Position numbers and translations under genes: made by a program. The notes under the pieces are model-generated. The model searched no databases and was not told the origin of the DNA. It saw nothing but the letters and a program-made list of their open reading frames with translations. From contig OZ024740.1 in NCBI GenBank assembly GCA_964016885.1, positions 381,362,001 to 381,426,000 on the forward strand: a stretch of DNA of 64,000 nt, written 5' to 3'. This stretch comes from Eledone cirrhosa. Lineage: Eukaryota. Below, one piece after another: positions 1 to 12,288 of this stretch (positions within the stretch are counted from its first letter, which is position 1; the number at the start of each line of letters is the position of its first letter).

Positions 1-921
1 AGGTGATTTAAACAGAAAGAGGTGAGAGGATTCTGGGTAGATATGGCTGGTTTAAATGCTAAAGTGTTAATTTCTTTGGTCTCACAATTTTCTATTTTGA
101 TCACTTATGAGAATTCTTTTTTATTGTAATAATTGCAACTGAATTAACCCTGCTAAATGCAGCCAAGGACTACTCCATTATCTATCTATATCCAACTGAT
201 CACATTTATTACTCATTTGCTTTGTGTAATAAATAGTGTTTGATAGCTTATCATTGTTGATACAACACGACTGAATGGTCTAAAATGTTTGCTTAATAAT
301 CACAAGGTTCCGGGTTTAAATCCACTGTTTATCTTGGGCAAGTGTTTTTTACTGTAACCTCAAGTCAACCCAAGCCTTATGAGTGAACATTTTTTTAAGC
401 TCGTCAGATGAACTATAACCTGTAATTCACAGAGCTAGAAAATAATGTTGATCATGGCTGTGCAATGCTCAACTAATGTATAACAATTTAACAACTGTGC
501 CATTCTGTTGATGGGAAAACTTGAATATTCATCGGTAAACCAACAGATATCCATTTACCTTTTAATATTTCACTTATCATTGTAGAATGTGTGAAATTGT
601 TTTTATTGCAACCAGCAACCATTCTACTTCATTCACACACCTAATACTCTGAAGAAATACATAACTATATCGACACTTGTTTAACTCCGAGGACATATTT
701 ATTTCTATAAAATTATTTATTATCAATAAAATTTATTATTTACTAAGATTAAATACTTTCAAGAAATGTTTTTGCCTTTTCATTAATTTGATGATTGTAA
801 AATATTAAAATCATTTACCAAATTCATTCCACTTGAGTACCATAGCCAAAACAGTCATTATAATTATTTTTAATTTGCTTGAATTTATAATTAATCTAAA
901 GACTTATGTCTTTCTTTTCAG

Positions 922-1113
922 ATTGTCCACCTTGTTATAATCTGGTCCAACAACAAGTAAATGAGCATCGCAAAAACCTGCAAGAAATGCGCAATTACAC
1001 AGAAGTCATTAAAACCAGCCCACAAGCTTTCAATAACTCAGACTTTCTAATGCTTATGAACAATGTCAGCAATTCAGTTGATAAATTGATCAGTGATGCT
1101 CGTCGTATCAGCA
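922..1113 (+). CDS. LAMC1: Laminin gamma chain, first exon in window (gene starts upstream): end of LE region / start of coiled coil, (D)CPPCYNLVQQQVNEHRKNL
   Basis: ttttcAG acceptor (920-921), GTAAGT donor at 1114, phase 1/1. CPxCYxLV...V..HR..L matches the laminin gamma motif at the start of the coiled coil (human gamma1 CPACYRLVKDKVADHRVKL). Confidence 0.92.
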
Positions 1114-2192
1114 GTAAGTCTAATTTCTCTTCTGTAAATTTGAATTCTCTTTCTTTAACATTTCTTTTTCTTTAGCTCCTTTGTGTTTTTTTTTTTTCAA
1201 TTGGAGCAGTGGTCAGAAAGTATTTAGTAGATTTGTTATTATCTGTGTGCTGCTTACCTCTAGGTCAGTCCTAATCAAGCATATCTATGATTAAAGGCAT
1301 TCTACTTGTGACCATACTGTTATTTTGAAATATGGTATCCGTCATCTGATGTGTCCATTCCCATTTTTAAGTTGGTGAATGTGATTTTGAGAGATATTTG
1401 TTTGATATTTTTAGTAGGTCAAGCAATCATGTAGTTTTTCTCTATAATAAAATGGTATCTATTTCCTTGTAAAAGTTAATCATTGACTTGACAAAGATAA
1501 TTTTTATTGATCCCGTGAATGAAGTATTACCAGCATTTTTTTTATAGGACACATCAGTCAGGTATCCTGTTGGTTTCCCTTGTTAGACATGATGCCTAAG
1601 AATGTTCTTATCTTATGAACAATTGGATTAAATTGTGAAAATTATTATAATCTGTTGCATACTATTGTTGAGCAGAAGTTCTTACAAAGTGAAGTTATCA
1701 TCACCAGCTTTATTATTTTAACATTTTTTCTTCCATGCTGCACAGTTTTGTAAGACATCACAGTTATTCTTGAATATTATTCATTCATCTCTAAGGCTAA
1801 ACATCTTCATAATCCCTTGTTCTAATTGATTCTCCTTTGTTATGGCTAATTTCTACTCACAGTGCATAACACTACTTAATACTAATATTCAGAAATATGT
1901 ATAGTAAAGTGGTTGGTGATAGAAAGGGCATACAATCATAGAAAGCTTGCCAAACAAGGGGTTTAGGAAGATCTTTCAGTTCTTGTCAAAAGACACAAAA
2001 ACTTCTCCTCTGCACTTGATAATGATTGCATGTAAGTAGGATACAGACCTCCTCGGCCTGTTTGGGACATCAGTGGCTCCGCTTCAGTACTGACTTGGGC
2101 TATGTATATCTGCCTAACACTTGGTAGCAGGTAAACCAGATGTTAAATGATGATGATTATATATATGTATATATAACTTTTTATTTCCTTAG

Positions 2193-2502
2193 CAACAAAC
2201 AGTACTTTTGGCAAACAACTGAATGATTTAAAGGACTCCATTTCGGACATCATGGATAAATGTGGTTTGATAGCAGGTAGTGTTGCATCAGCTGACAATG
2301 ATATTCATCGCACAAAACAGTTCATTAATGAAGCAGAAACTGCTATAAAACGGGCTGAGAGAGAGTTAGCCAGAGCTAATGATTACATCAAGGATGAAGG
2401 AGAGGCAGCACTAAAACAAGCTGAACTTGCCACTAAGAAATTTGGAACACGGTCTGAGAAAATGAAAGGTATTTCTACCAGAGCTATGGCAACTGCTAAA
2501 CA
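2193..2502 (+). CDS. LAMC1: Laminin gamma coiled-coil exon (TTNSTFGKQLNDLKDS...RAMATAKQ)
   Basis: ttccttAG acceptor, GTAAGT donor at 2503, phase 1/2, in frame with previous exon; heptad-like A/E/K-rich sequence. Confidence 0.9.
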
Positions 2503-2795
2503 GTAAGTAAAAGCAATTTTACAAACCCTTTCATTACTATTTTTTTAAATGTTCAAATAATTTTGAAAATATTCATGAATGTGGAAGGATTTAGTACTAT
2601 AATTAACTTTCTTATTAACATGGTGATGACTGGAACATAACTTAAAGGTTTTAAAATAAAATTATGATGAAAGATTTTTTAGATAAATACCAACAGATTC
2701 AAATGAAGCTTTGTATGATAGAACAAAGTGAATAAAGAATGCTAAAAGGGTTATTATGACAAGTCATGTTGAGCTATTTATGTATTTATTTTCAG

Positions 2796-2933
2796 ACAGA
2801 TGGAAGATGCTAAAGAAACTGAGAAAAATGCAAATGAAGCTTTGAATATTTCAAGAGAAGCCCTTAAAACTACAAGAGATCTGTTTAAGTTCCCTGCTAA
2901 ACTGGCTAATGAAATCAGTAGGCTTAAATCTAT
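2796..2933 (+). CDS. LAMC1: Laminin gamma coiled-coil exon (QMEDAKETEKNANEALNISREAL...RLKSM)
   Basis: ttttcAG acceptor, GTAAGT donor at 2934, phase 2/2, open frame. Confidence 0.88.
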
Positions 2934-3768
2934 GTAAGTATCAACCTTTTGAATTTGGTGGTTACTTCTTGTTGGGAGTTGTACTAACTTCATGGTAAAT
3001 TAACTTGAGGAGTACAAAATAAATAAATGTTGTGTTTTTATATATGTAACTTAATACTTACTGCCAGTTTACTTACCATTTCCACTTAAATATTTCTGTT
3101 AGATATTCAGTGTCATCAAACCATGAAAAAGATGTAAAATTTCCATTCAGAAAGAAAAAAAATATTAGCATGTTTGTTTCTAAATGTAATGTTTTTAATG
3201 GTTTCGTCAAAAGAGGGACAATATCCATAACCCTTTTTAGCATCTCAGAGATTGGTTAGGAGAAAATTATCCTTAAACCTGGCTAGAATGCTTGAAACAC
3301 CATGTAGTGGTGGTGTTAAAGTAATTGATTAAGTCTAAATTGTTAAATTTTTCCTATTTGTGAAAGAATGACCTAGATTTAGAGGCATTCTAATGTGGCA
3401 TAGAGTTCAAATTTGTCTTGGGTTTTTGTAACAGAATATCTAATTTTTCCTGGCTCAGTTTAATCATGTTATATGTGGCAGGTCAAACCCTGGAGTAAAT
3501 CAGGTATATTTTTTCATTGCTTAAGGCCAAAAGCCATAGCTATATACTGTTCATAGGAATACACATGGATGTCGTAAGAGAAAGATTACCTCCAATTTTC
3601 TAATCATTTGTGTAATTACATTTAGGAATATGATGGTCGAATAGCAAATAGTTGAATGCCTTAAAGAATTTGTTACTGTAAGATACTTATATGGTAGCTG
3701 GTTGTCTTTTACTTTAACATGCCTCATTCTGATTAAGAGAAACTGTGTTATACTTCGTTATTTCATTG

Positions 3769-3942
3769 TAATAATAATTGTTTCTACTTTTGGCACAAGG
3801 CCAGCAATTACCCAGTATATTACTGGTACTTTATTTTATTGACCTCGTTAACTTCGGCAGGATTTGAACTCAGAATCGCAAGGGCCGTAACTCTATGCGT
3901 CAAAGCATGGCGTCCGACCCTCTATCGATACTGCCAATCCAA
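3769..3942 (-). mobile_element. tRNA-derived SINE, family A (internally deleted copy)
   Basis: Reverse complement of the 31375-31566 copy: A-box-like ggattggcag, B box gagttcaaatcc, tail gtagaaacaattatta. Confidence 0.8.
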
Positions 3943-4142
3943 TAAAATTGGCATTATACTGATGAGATTCAGTTAAAATTGAAATACATACTTCTGATTG
4001 AAATTCTATGATTTTCATCTTGATTACTTAAATGTTGAGTATTGGTGTTAGAGAATTCTGTTGCAAAATAGAGTGGTTGTGTCAGAAAGTGCATACTTCC
4101 CAACAATCAAATAACATTGCTAATACAAAAAGCAAAATGAAA

Positions 4143-4325
4143 CAGTATGGGCCAGAATTCATGACTTGCTTGTTAGTTATATTTCTTAACATGCTTATTT
4201 TATTGTTATTGTATTGTTTTAATTTATTATTTTATTTCTTAATATGCCTCACAGGTTTCTTATTTATTTTTTCTAAATTAATAGAGCTATAAATAATCGA
4301 GTGAGTCATAAATTCTGGCCTACTC
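4143..4325. mobile_element. Short MITE-like element with ~28 bp imperfect terminal inverted repeats
   Basis: Left cagtatgggccagaattcatgacttgcttg vs reverse complement of right end gagtaggccagaatttatgactcactcg; AT-rich interior, no ORF. Confidence 0.55.
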
Positions 4326-4423
4326 TATATATATACACACACACACACACACATGCACACTAATAATAATAGCTGTAAAAATGTAAGAATATTATTGACT
4401 TTACAAATTTGTTTTAATTTCAG

Positions 4424-4601
4424 GAATGAAAATAACAGACATCTAATGGAACAAACAGAAATTTTATCTAAGAATGCTAAACAGAAGGCAGAAGAGGCAT
4501 TAAGAAAAGCTTTAGCTATAGATCGAAAGATTTCTAGTTTTACATTTCCCAACATGAAAGTGGATGATTTAGTTAAGGAGGTTGATAAAATCAAAGATGA
4601 G
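4424..4601 (+). CDS. LAMC1: Laminin gamma coiled-coil exon (NENNRHLMEQTE...VDKIKDE)
   Basis: tttcAG acceptor, GTGAAT donor at 4602, phase 2/0. Confidence 0.87.
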
Positions 4602-4697
4602 GTGAATATTTTGTGGAAATCAATAATAATCATAAAATATGAGTTGAACAGTAAAGAATATCCATATATATATATACATATATACATACGATGATGA

Positions 4698-4728
<31 letters not shown>

Positions 4729-4731
<3 letters not shown>

Positions 4732-4920
4732 GAAGGAAGTGTGGTAAGGAACCAGGTGGACCATAACGCACCAGAGTACTCAATACTATGGGTAGTGGTG
4801 GTTAATAGGAAAAGAGTCAGGACCCCGACGTCTGAGCTACGGCTGTTTTGACAGCCATTTCTGAGTTTAGAAATAGCTGTCGAAACGGCCAGAGCTCAGC
4901 CGTCGGAGTCCTGACTCTTT

Positions 4921-4926
<6 letters not shown>
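4729..4926. mobile_element. Foldback element in (TA)n carrying the 3' half of a hammerhead (same family as 56929-57107)
   Basis: Shares aacgaaggaa.tgtggtaaggaaccaggtggaccataacgcacca with the reverse complement of 57030-57107; imperfect hairpin 4805-4926; GAAA-cggc..gccg-TC at 4882-4904. Confidence 0.7.
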
Positions 4927-4966
<40 letters not shown>

Positions 4967-5074
4967 GTATATATATTTATACACGTATATATATTTAGTT
5001 AACGAAAATCGTTGACATTATATCAATGGTCCCCAGCCAACGTCCAGCTCACTCTGCCCAATTGCAGTAATGCA

Positions 5075-5128
<54 letters not shown>

Positions 5129-5823
5129 TGAATAAGTATATTTTACTTCATACCTGGCAAATTATGCCTATGCGTCACAGAACTGCTTTATGAATTCTGC
5201 CGCATCATGTATGGCCTGAGGTAGCCTAATGCATGTATGAATCATAATATATATATATAGTTAAAACGTATAATCCTAACAGAGAGCTTGTCTGTTTCAA
5301 CTCTTGGTTGGAACTACACTTATTAACTGTACCTACTTTGAATCTCATCATGTATTGATTACTATCCTGATTTGTAGTCTTATAAGTCTTTGCAACATGG
5401 GCCTTATTTTCATTGTTTAATTAACAAAAAAAAAAAAATAAAAAATATGCAAACATTGAAAATGTTATTGTTAGAGCTTTCTCAGTTGGAGAAGTAGATC
5501 CCAGCAGAGGGATTGTACCTTTAATTCAATGCTCTCACTTTATCACATATTACATCGTGCTGATTCTGCTTGGAACTTACATTGTGCGTACACATATCTC
5601 TGATAAGCTCAACCACATACATGTTACTTCATGTGTTGGACATCAGTTGATTGAACAACTGAATTGCTCATTCTTGAAACCAATGGAGGATCCATCATCA
5701 TCATTATTATCTTTGTATGTATCCTCAAAGTTGTTATGATCCCATCTCATGAATTATTTAAAATACTGTCGCATGTAAAAATTAATCTTATTTAACATGA
5801 TATTATGTGGATTGTATTCTTAG

Positions 5824-5946
5824 GCTGATGACCTTAGGAAATCACTACAAGAAACATTGGCTGTCAATGACCGCATGTTGAAGGAAGTTAGTGAAGAGAA
5901 AAAGAAAGCAAACCTTCTCTATGATGATGCTTTAAGCAAACAGCAG
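5824..5946 (+). CDS. LAMC1: Laminin gamma coiled-coil exon (ADDLRKSLQETL...DALSKQQ)
   Basis: ttcttAG acceptor, GTACGA donor at 5947, phase 0/0. Confidence 0.87.
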
Positions 5947-6204
5947 GTACGATTGTTTTTTATTTTTTCATTTCTTATATTTTTAAAAATGTCAAAGATA
6001 TTCACCATTTTGTTCTGGATTCAACATTGTCCTTCATCTATCTGCTGTTTATAGAAGTGCCAGTCAAATAAGACAGGCAATTGTTTTGGCTATGCCATCT
6101 AAACCCCCAATTTCTGGTCTTTTACCTATGTAAGAAATTATCAATTCTATGACTATTGCTCCATTTTGGCATACATTTGATGTATTGGCAGCTATCATTT
6201 TCCC

Positions 6205-6705
6205 ATTGCTCCGATTCAAGGATTGTGTAAAGGACTCATTGATAAAAAAACTGGTTTGATGGTAGCTGTCTGGGAGATAGAAGCTCTTGAAAGAGAAACT
6301 TGGTATGGAATGGTGAATGATGGGGTCCATAATTTTGAGGACAGATGCATAGAGCAGGAGAAAGCCAAAGGGATGTGTGTAAGCAATGCCCTAGTGTATC
6401 TCTCAAAGTGATCAGTGTCTCCATTGAATTGAAGTGCCCCAAGTGTGAAAAAATTTGCTTGAGCAAATCTGGTCTCATGAGCCACAGTTGCAGCCATGCT
6501 CAAAGAGAACCAGTGAACTATGATCTCCACGGTATTGTGAAGGTTCACAGGCAACCTGATGTAAGACCTGAGGTCAGAGAGATCCATAGTTGTCGTTAAT
6601 GTGAGGAGTGCAAGTCTCTAGCAGGCTTGAAAAGCCATATCCGAGTGTCACACATTTGAACCTGACAAGCGATTGTAATACTCTTAGCAGAGTTTGCAGC
6701 CATCA
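6205..6705 (+). mobile_element. RTE-clade LINE 3' fragment with C2H2-like zinc fingers (decayed)
   Basis: Translations WEIEALERETWYGMVNDGVHNFEDR and CPKCEKICLSKSGLMSH..H, plus [12 protein letters not shown]; frameshifted. Confidence 0.65.
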
Positions 6706-6946
6706 TCATTTAACGTCCATCTTCCATGCTAGCATGGGTTAGACGGTTTTGTTCCATTTGATGCGGGAAAGTTCGGGAGACTGTGTCTTGCTCATATGGA
6801 AGTCTATCTGGCAGGTTTTTTTACAGAGACACTTCCGTATGAGCGAGACAACCTCCCAACCATTTATTCGCATCAAATATATGTATGTATATATGTATGT
6901 ATATGTATGTATATATATGCATATATATATGCATATATATATATGT

Positions 6947-7296
6947 GAAGGTGCATGGCTTAGTGGTTAGGGCATTGGGCTTGCAATCGAAAGGTTGTGA
7001 GTTCAATTCTTGGACAGGGTGATGTGTTGTTTCCTTGAGCAAGACACTTTATTTCACATTGCTCCAGTTTACTCAGCTGTAGAAATGAGATGATAGGGAC
7101 TGGGGTCTCTATCATTCCACTGCAAAGTGGTCGTGTAGGTGCCGCGGCAAAAAAGCACCCAGCACTCACTGTAAATGAGGTTGGTGTTAGGAAGGGCATC
7201 CAGCTGTAGAAATCAAGCCAGAATCAGTTCCCATCCCACCCTTGCAACTAAGGAAAAGCGGACGTAAAATGAAATGAATGAATGAATGAATGAATA
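6947..7296 (+). mobile_element. tRNA-derived SINE, family B (CORE-like central domain), full length
   Basis: A box tggcttagtggt, B box gagttcaattc, CORE-like ccttgagcaagacactt...cagctgtagaaatgag, (gaat)n tail; near-identical inverted copy at 18806-19143. Confidence 0.85.
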
Positions 7297-7450
7297 TATA
7301 TTGATCAGAGGTAAATAATGTATTGGAGATCGAGTGACACAACTTCAAGCGATTAGCGACCTCTAGACACGTGATCAATGAAACAATTGTCAGTACTTGA
7401 AATAAAGCCCCTTATTGTACAGCCAACCATGTTAATCTTCATTCTTTCAC

Positions 7451-7484
<34 letters not shown>

Positions 7485-7653
7485 CACATGCACACACACA
7501 CACACGCACACGCACACGCACACGCACACACATGCATGCACACACACACACATGCATGCACAGACACATGCATGCACACACACAGACACATTTCATCACA
7601 GTCAGCATAACGTCTGGAGTCTACTTTCTTTATTTCTACTTCCACCACTGTAG

Positions 7654-7768
7654 GAAGCTGACAAGTTGATGTCAGATATTTTCAAGGCTCATTCAAAAGC
7701 CAAAGAGGCAGTAGAAAAAGGTGAAGCTATTCTGAAAGAAGCTCAAGAAACACTCAAGACTCTCAAAG
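7654..7768 (+). CDS. LAMC1: Laminin gamma coiled-coil exon (EADKLMSDIFKAHSKAKEAVEKGEAILKEAQETLKTLK)
   Basis: Polypyrimidine tract + tAG acceptor, GTAGGT donor at 7769, phase 0/1; resembles gamma1 'QQTADQLLARADAAKALAEEAAKKGRDTLQEANDILNNLK'. Confidence 0.9.
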
Positions 7769-8183
7769 GTAGGTATTTTTTTTTTTTTTACTTCAGTTTT
7801 TTCTTGTTCAAAATGAGTATAAAAATACAAACATAAAAATATAACACTATGGCAAACTTACATTAAGTTAAAATCTATTTAAATTGGTTTTCTTTAAACT
7901 TTTTCTTACTGTATCTCTAATAAAATAGACAGCCTATGATTTTTCAAATAATTTTGAAAATAACCAAGAGCATTGAGTCATTTAGTTATATAACTGACTT
8001 TTAGAACTGGTGTTTAGAACATAACAGACTCTTATTTGAAATTATGATGGAAGGTTTTTAGGTAAATATAAACTTGGAACAAATTAGTAAGATGTAGCTA
8101 TCCAATTGCACCTTGTCTTTGACTGTGATGGTCCACCTAACTCATGCCAGCATGTAAAATGTTGATCATGATAAGCACTTTAA

Positions 8184-8401
8184 TCCTTTAGCATTTACAT
8201 TACTCTATATTTACTATTGTATTTTCATGGTAAACACTTTATCTTACATAATTATCTTACATAATATCGAATCTATGAAATTTTGATATTTATTTTGAGA
8301 ATAATATCTTAACATAAGTATGAGCAGCTGGTTATGGCTGGATTGAACAGAAAGAGGTCAGAGAATTCTGGCTGGATATGGTCGGTTTAAATGGTAAAGG
8401 G
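8184..8401. mobile_element. piggyBac-type MITE (TTAA-flanked)
   Basis: TTAA-tcctttagcattta ... taaatggtaaaggg-TTAA; homologous (inverted) to 23179-23371 and to the partial copy at 1-66. Confidence 0.7.
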
Positions 8402-8845
8402 TTAAAGTTTTGTATAATAGAACTATGGGCAGTTTCATCCAGTTTGGTGTCAAGAGACTTAATATATTGGGTTATACTCCCAGAGAAAATTAATGTAACA
8501 ACTATTTTATTTTTCAGTACAGCATCCAGTGGTAAAAGAAAATATTTGCTTTAGCTAAATGCAAATATTTGAGAAAGAATAATGTAAAACTGTGCAAATA
8601 TTTGCTTTTGTAATGACATTGCAACATGTCTGTAACAAAGTCCCCCTTTTTCTATCAGATATTTTGATTCAAAAGTTTAGCATCTTATCCATTCATCTGG
8701 TTTAAAATCACTAGCTATCACTTATTTATGGCTATATTAAGTTTCATATCACATAAGTGCATAAATACATGCATACTGTGAAGTGAAGATGTATGCTGAA
8801 TTTCCACTTCATTATGAACTAGTATGTTATTTCTCTCTTTTGCAG

Positions 8846-9045
8846 ACTTTGATAGAAATGTGGCTGATAACAAAAAGAAAGCCGAGAAGTCTTTGACTAA
8901 AGTTAGTGAAATAAAAAAAATGATTCGGCAAGCTGAAACAAAGACAACCCAGTCACAGAAATCTCTTCTAGGGGTTGAAGGTGATGCTAAAGAAGCACTT
9001 GATAAAGCAAATGAAGCAAAAGACATGGCGGGTGAAGCTTCAAAG
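8846..9045 (+). CDS. LAMC1: Laminin gamma coiled-coil exon (DFDRNVADNKKKAEKSL...AGEASK)
   Basis: ttttgcAG acceptor, GTTTGT donor at 9046, phase 1/0; DFDRxVxDNK is the laminin gamma1 motif (DFDRRVNDNK). Confidence 0.92.
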
Positions 9046-9249
9046 GTTTGTGTTGCAGTTCAGTTTGTATTTATAAGACAATGTTGAGTTTGATTGTTTG
9101 ATGTTGTTGTGCTCCAATTCAATTGAACCAGCAGTCATATGGTGAAATGTGTTCTCGCTATGATCACAGTAGTTCATTTTATGTCTATTTTCCAAGTTGA
9201 TATGGGTGGGACAGGTTATCATGAGACCATCCTCTTGAAATCTAATTTG

Positions 9250-9640
9250 GCATGTTTTCTATGACTGGATATCCCCTCCCCTATTGGCAATCACTTTACT
9301 GAATGTACTGGGCACATTTTATTATGGCACTGGTACTACCACTTTACTGAGTGTAATGGGCACATTATCAATTTACAGAGAGTACTTGACACATTTTATT
9401 GTGGCAGCAGCACTCACTTTACTGGGTGTACTGAGTGCATTTTATCATAGAACCAACACTACCACCTTTATACAGTGTAGTGGGTGAATTTTATCATGGC
9501 ACTGGCACTACCACTTTACTGATTGTATGGTGTATATTTTATTATGACACCAACACTATCACTTTACAGAGTTACTGGATGCATTTTATCATGGCACCAG
9601 CACTAACACTCAGCAGATTGTACTGAATTCATTTTTGTGT
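9250..9640. repeat. Degenerate ~40-45 bp minisatellite (cactttactgagtgtactgggc..ttttatcatggcac)
   Basis: About 8 diverged tandem units; a similar array lies at ~21760-22020, and both adjoin family-B-like SINE sequence. Confidence 0.65.
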
Positions 9641-10505
9641 GGTACCCACACGAAGGTAAAGCGAAACAGTAATAAGTAAGGGAAATGTGGGTAAGATGGA
9701 GTGGCATATATACTTTAAATTAGTTTGTAAAAGTGCATTGTGTATGAAACTCGTCACTCTCATGTCATTAGTATAGTTTTGTAGCTATTACCACATACAT
9801 CACTCTCCTCATGTATTGCACTTTGTTTCTCCTGTTTGAACAGCCAGGCATATATATATAATATAGGAAATGCCCACAAAGGAATTCGCACTTGTTTGCG
9901 GCATAGACCAACACTACAGCAGGAAACGTATAGTTACATACAAATGCACATACATAATATGTATCCCATACAAACATTGACATATGACTTTACAATTAAT
10001 AACCAATTTCACAGTAATATCACACACCTACAAACATCTTTGAGAAATTCACACCAAGATACGCATACTAGCAGATACACGCATAATCAGTATTTGACTC
10101 TATCACACATCATGATACATCATATTAGCAAGAGTCTTACTCCCTGACATTGGAATATAGCTCAATTAAAAGCCGATTCGCAATAATATTAACAAGAGTT
10201 ATTCCCCTTGCATTAAGAAAATAAAAAGTTAAGGCATAGGGTTATCCCCCTTGCACTTAACGAGATCTCAGGTTAATAATTGTTTCTACTTAACACAGTA
10301 CATTACTGGTACTTTATTTTATCGACCCCGTAAGGATGAAAGGCAAAGTTAATCTCGGCGGCAAGGTTAATAATAATCTTTTTTATAGTTGCCAGAAAGA
10401 GATGTGTCGCATGTATCTGTTTAAAATTACAATCAGTTTAAAATCACAATGCAGCATTTGAAACCGGAGGTAACAAATTTTTAGGTGTTTAAGACATTAA
10501 GCATA

Positions 10506-10551
<46 letters not shown>

Positions 10552-10552
10552 T

Positions 10553-10940
10553 ATGTCAGTGTTGAACAAAAGGGCGACGATGGTTGCCGAGCACTGTACG
10601 GCATAATTCTGGCTGTTTGTTTACAAACAAACCGAACATTATAATAAATGTTCGGTAAACCCATACGTACGTACATATATATATATGTGTGCATGTATGT
10701 ATACATATACATACTACTGTACGTCTGTACACATATATGTATATACGTATACATACTTATATTTAGGTATCAGCCGTACTAAGAGTAAGAAATGAAATTT
10801 TGTTTCATTCTTTTCCATTTATCGTTTTCGGTGCGCCCGGCCGACTAACTCACTCGATATGCAAATTAGGCTGCTCAGCCGTTAATATGCAGACCATTGA
10901 AATCCCGTGTTACATTCATACATTACTTATACGGATTAAC
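10553..10940 (+). mobile_element. Intronic copy of the hammerhead-associated element at 58305-58817 (begins just 3' of the ribozyme)
   Basis: tgtcagtgttg..caaaa.gg.gac...tggttgcc..cactgtacggc, gaacattataataaatgttcggtaaac and gccgtactaagagt.agaaatgaaattt are shared with 58590-58817 and rc 58305-58533; preceded by (TA)n. The 3' boundary is approximate. Confidence 0.7.
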
Positions 10941-11094
10941 TAAAATATTGATGAAGATATTGATTATATTTTTCTAATAATGATTAAAATGTATTTTAGC
11001 TTGTTAAATTGTCTCACATAAACTGAGTGAACCTGCATTGTTTGTCACAGCTTATTTTATGTTTGTAACTAAACACATTTCTCTCTATGTTTAG

Positions 11095-11253
11095 GATGCT
11101 GAGAAGTTTTTGAAAGAATCTCAAGACATCAAAGCACGTGCCAATTCGATTGCTAACATCACTAATTCATTATCAAATCAAGTGAACCAAATGAATGCAT
11201 CTGTGACTACCATGCAGGAAAGTTCATCAGATGATACTGATGCTGTGAACAAT
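11095..11253 (+). CDS. LAMC1: Laminin gamma coiled-coil exon (DAEKFLKESQDIKARA...DTDAVNN)
   Basis: gtttAG acceptor, GTAAGA donor at 11254, phase 0/0. Confidence 0.87.
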
Positions 11254-11569
11254 GTAAGAGTGATTTGCTTTACTTTTGTTTTGTTTTTATTTGAAAACAT
11301 TTTTCTCCTGCTGTTTTTATATCGACTAATTGGGGAGTTGAAGATGGTCCTTTTGATAGAATGCAAACTGAAAGTTCAATTGTCTTTAGCTTGCTATCTT
11401 AGCTGTGTCTGTGGCCAATTCCAATTAGCTGAGAACATGTACCATATGAGGGAACAAGGAATAGCTATAATCAACATTGGAAGTCTACCCATTAATTCTG
11501 TTTCACAATTGAAGTCAAATTTCACATCACACCATTTACATATGGTTTTGTGGTTCAAGGAGTATTTAA

Positions 11570-11990
11570 GTACAGTGAGTTGGATGGAAATAATGAGTGT
11601 CATGATCAAAAGAATATGATCATGAATACAAGTTGCCAAAATGGGGTTGCTCCAAAGAATCGTAGGAATAACGTTGATAGCACATAGCTCTGAGATAAGT
11701 AAGTCCCTACAGGTAGAGCTGCTACTTCTCCAGATTGAGAGAACACAGCTTCGGTATTATGGATATCTGGTTAGAATGTCTAAGGGAAGAATCACTGGAC
11801 AGATTATATGGACAAAGCCAACAGGCAGGAGACTCATAGGTAGCCATGAGCAAGATGAATGGACAATATCAATAACCTCAACCTTGGTCTTGCTTGGGGA
11901 TCCAGCCAGATCATTTGGAAATAGTTGCTTCCAATTGAACTCTGCCTCCATGACCCTCAAGAATAAGTGAGTGAGGAAGAGCAAAGCCAT
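11570..11990 (+). mobile_element. RTE-clade LINE 3' fragment (decayed)
   Basis: Translation MGLLQRIVG...IERTQLRYYGYLVRM...KPTGRR..G resembles the RTE ORF C-terminus (LRWFGHxxRM...GKRxxGRP). Confidence 0.7.
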
Positions 11991-12188
11991 CTGCCTGGGC
12001 AGGTTTTTGGTCTAAGGATAATGTGATATTTCGATGCACTTCTTCCTACCATGTGTCATGGTTTTCCTTCCTCACCTCTTTCTTCCACCAGTTTAGTAGA
12101 CCCTATAAAAATGTCATTAGTGTTCCCTTTTTCATCTGAGTAAGCTATGAAAAAAGGTTGTTTTTATTGTCTTTATTATCTTTCTCAG

Positions 12189-12288
12189 GCTGCTGCAAAG
12201 GCAAGTCAAGCAAAACAGAATGCAGACCAGGCACTAGGCAAAATTAAAAAGGCACTTGAGACAGTTAATGAAATAAACAATGTTCTTG
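12189..12288 (+). CDS. LAMC1: Laminin gamma coiled-coil exon (AAAKASQAKQNADQALGKIKKALETVNEINNVL)
   Basis: tttctcAG acceptor, GTGAGT donor at 12289, phase 0/1. Confidence 0.88.

Noticed and set aside
3959-3990. CTGATGA...GAAA motif; similar partial motifs at ~649 and ~16964
   Set aside because: Stem II weak and stems I/III do not pair; cannot be called a ribozyme.
11254-11619. Read-through extensions of laminin exons in the ORF track (also 1114-1175, 4602-4694, 5947-6054)
   Set aside because: Intronic sequence beyond clear GT donors; low-complexity hydrophobic translations.
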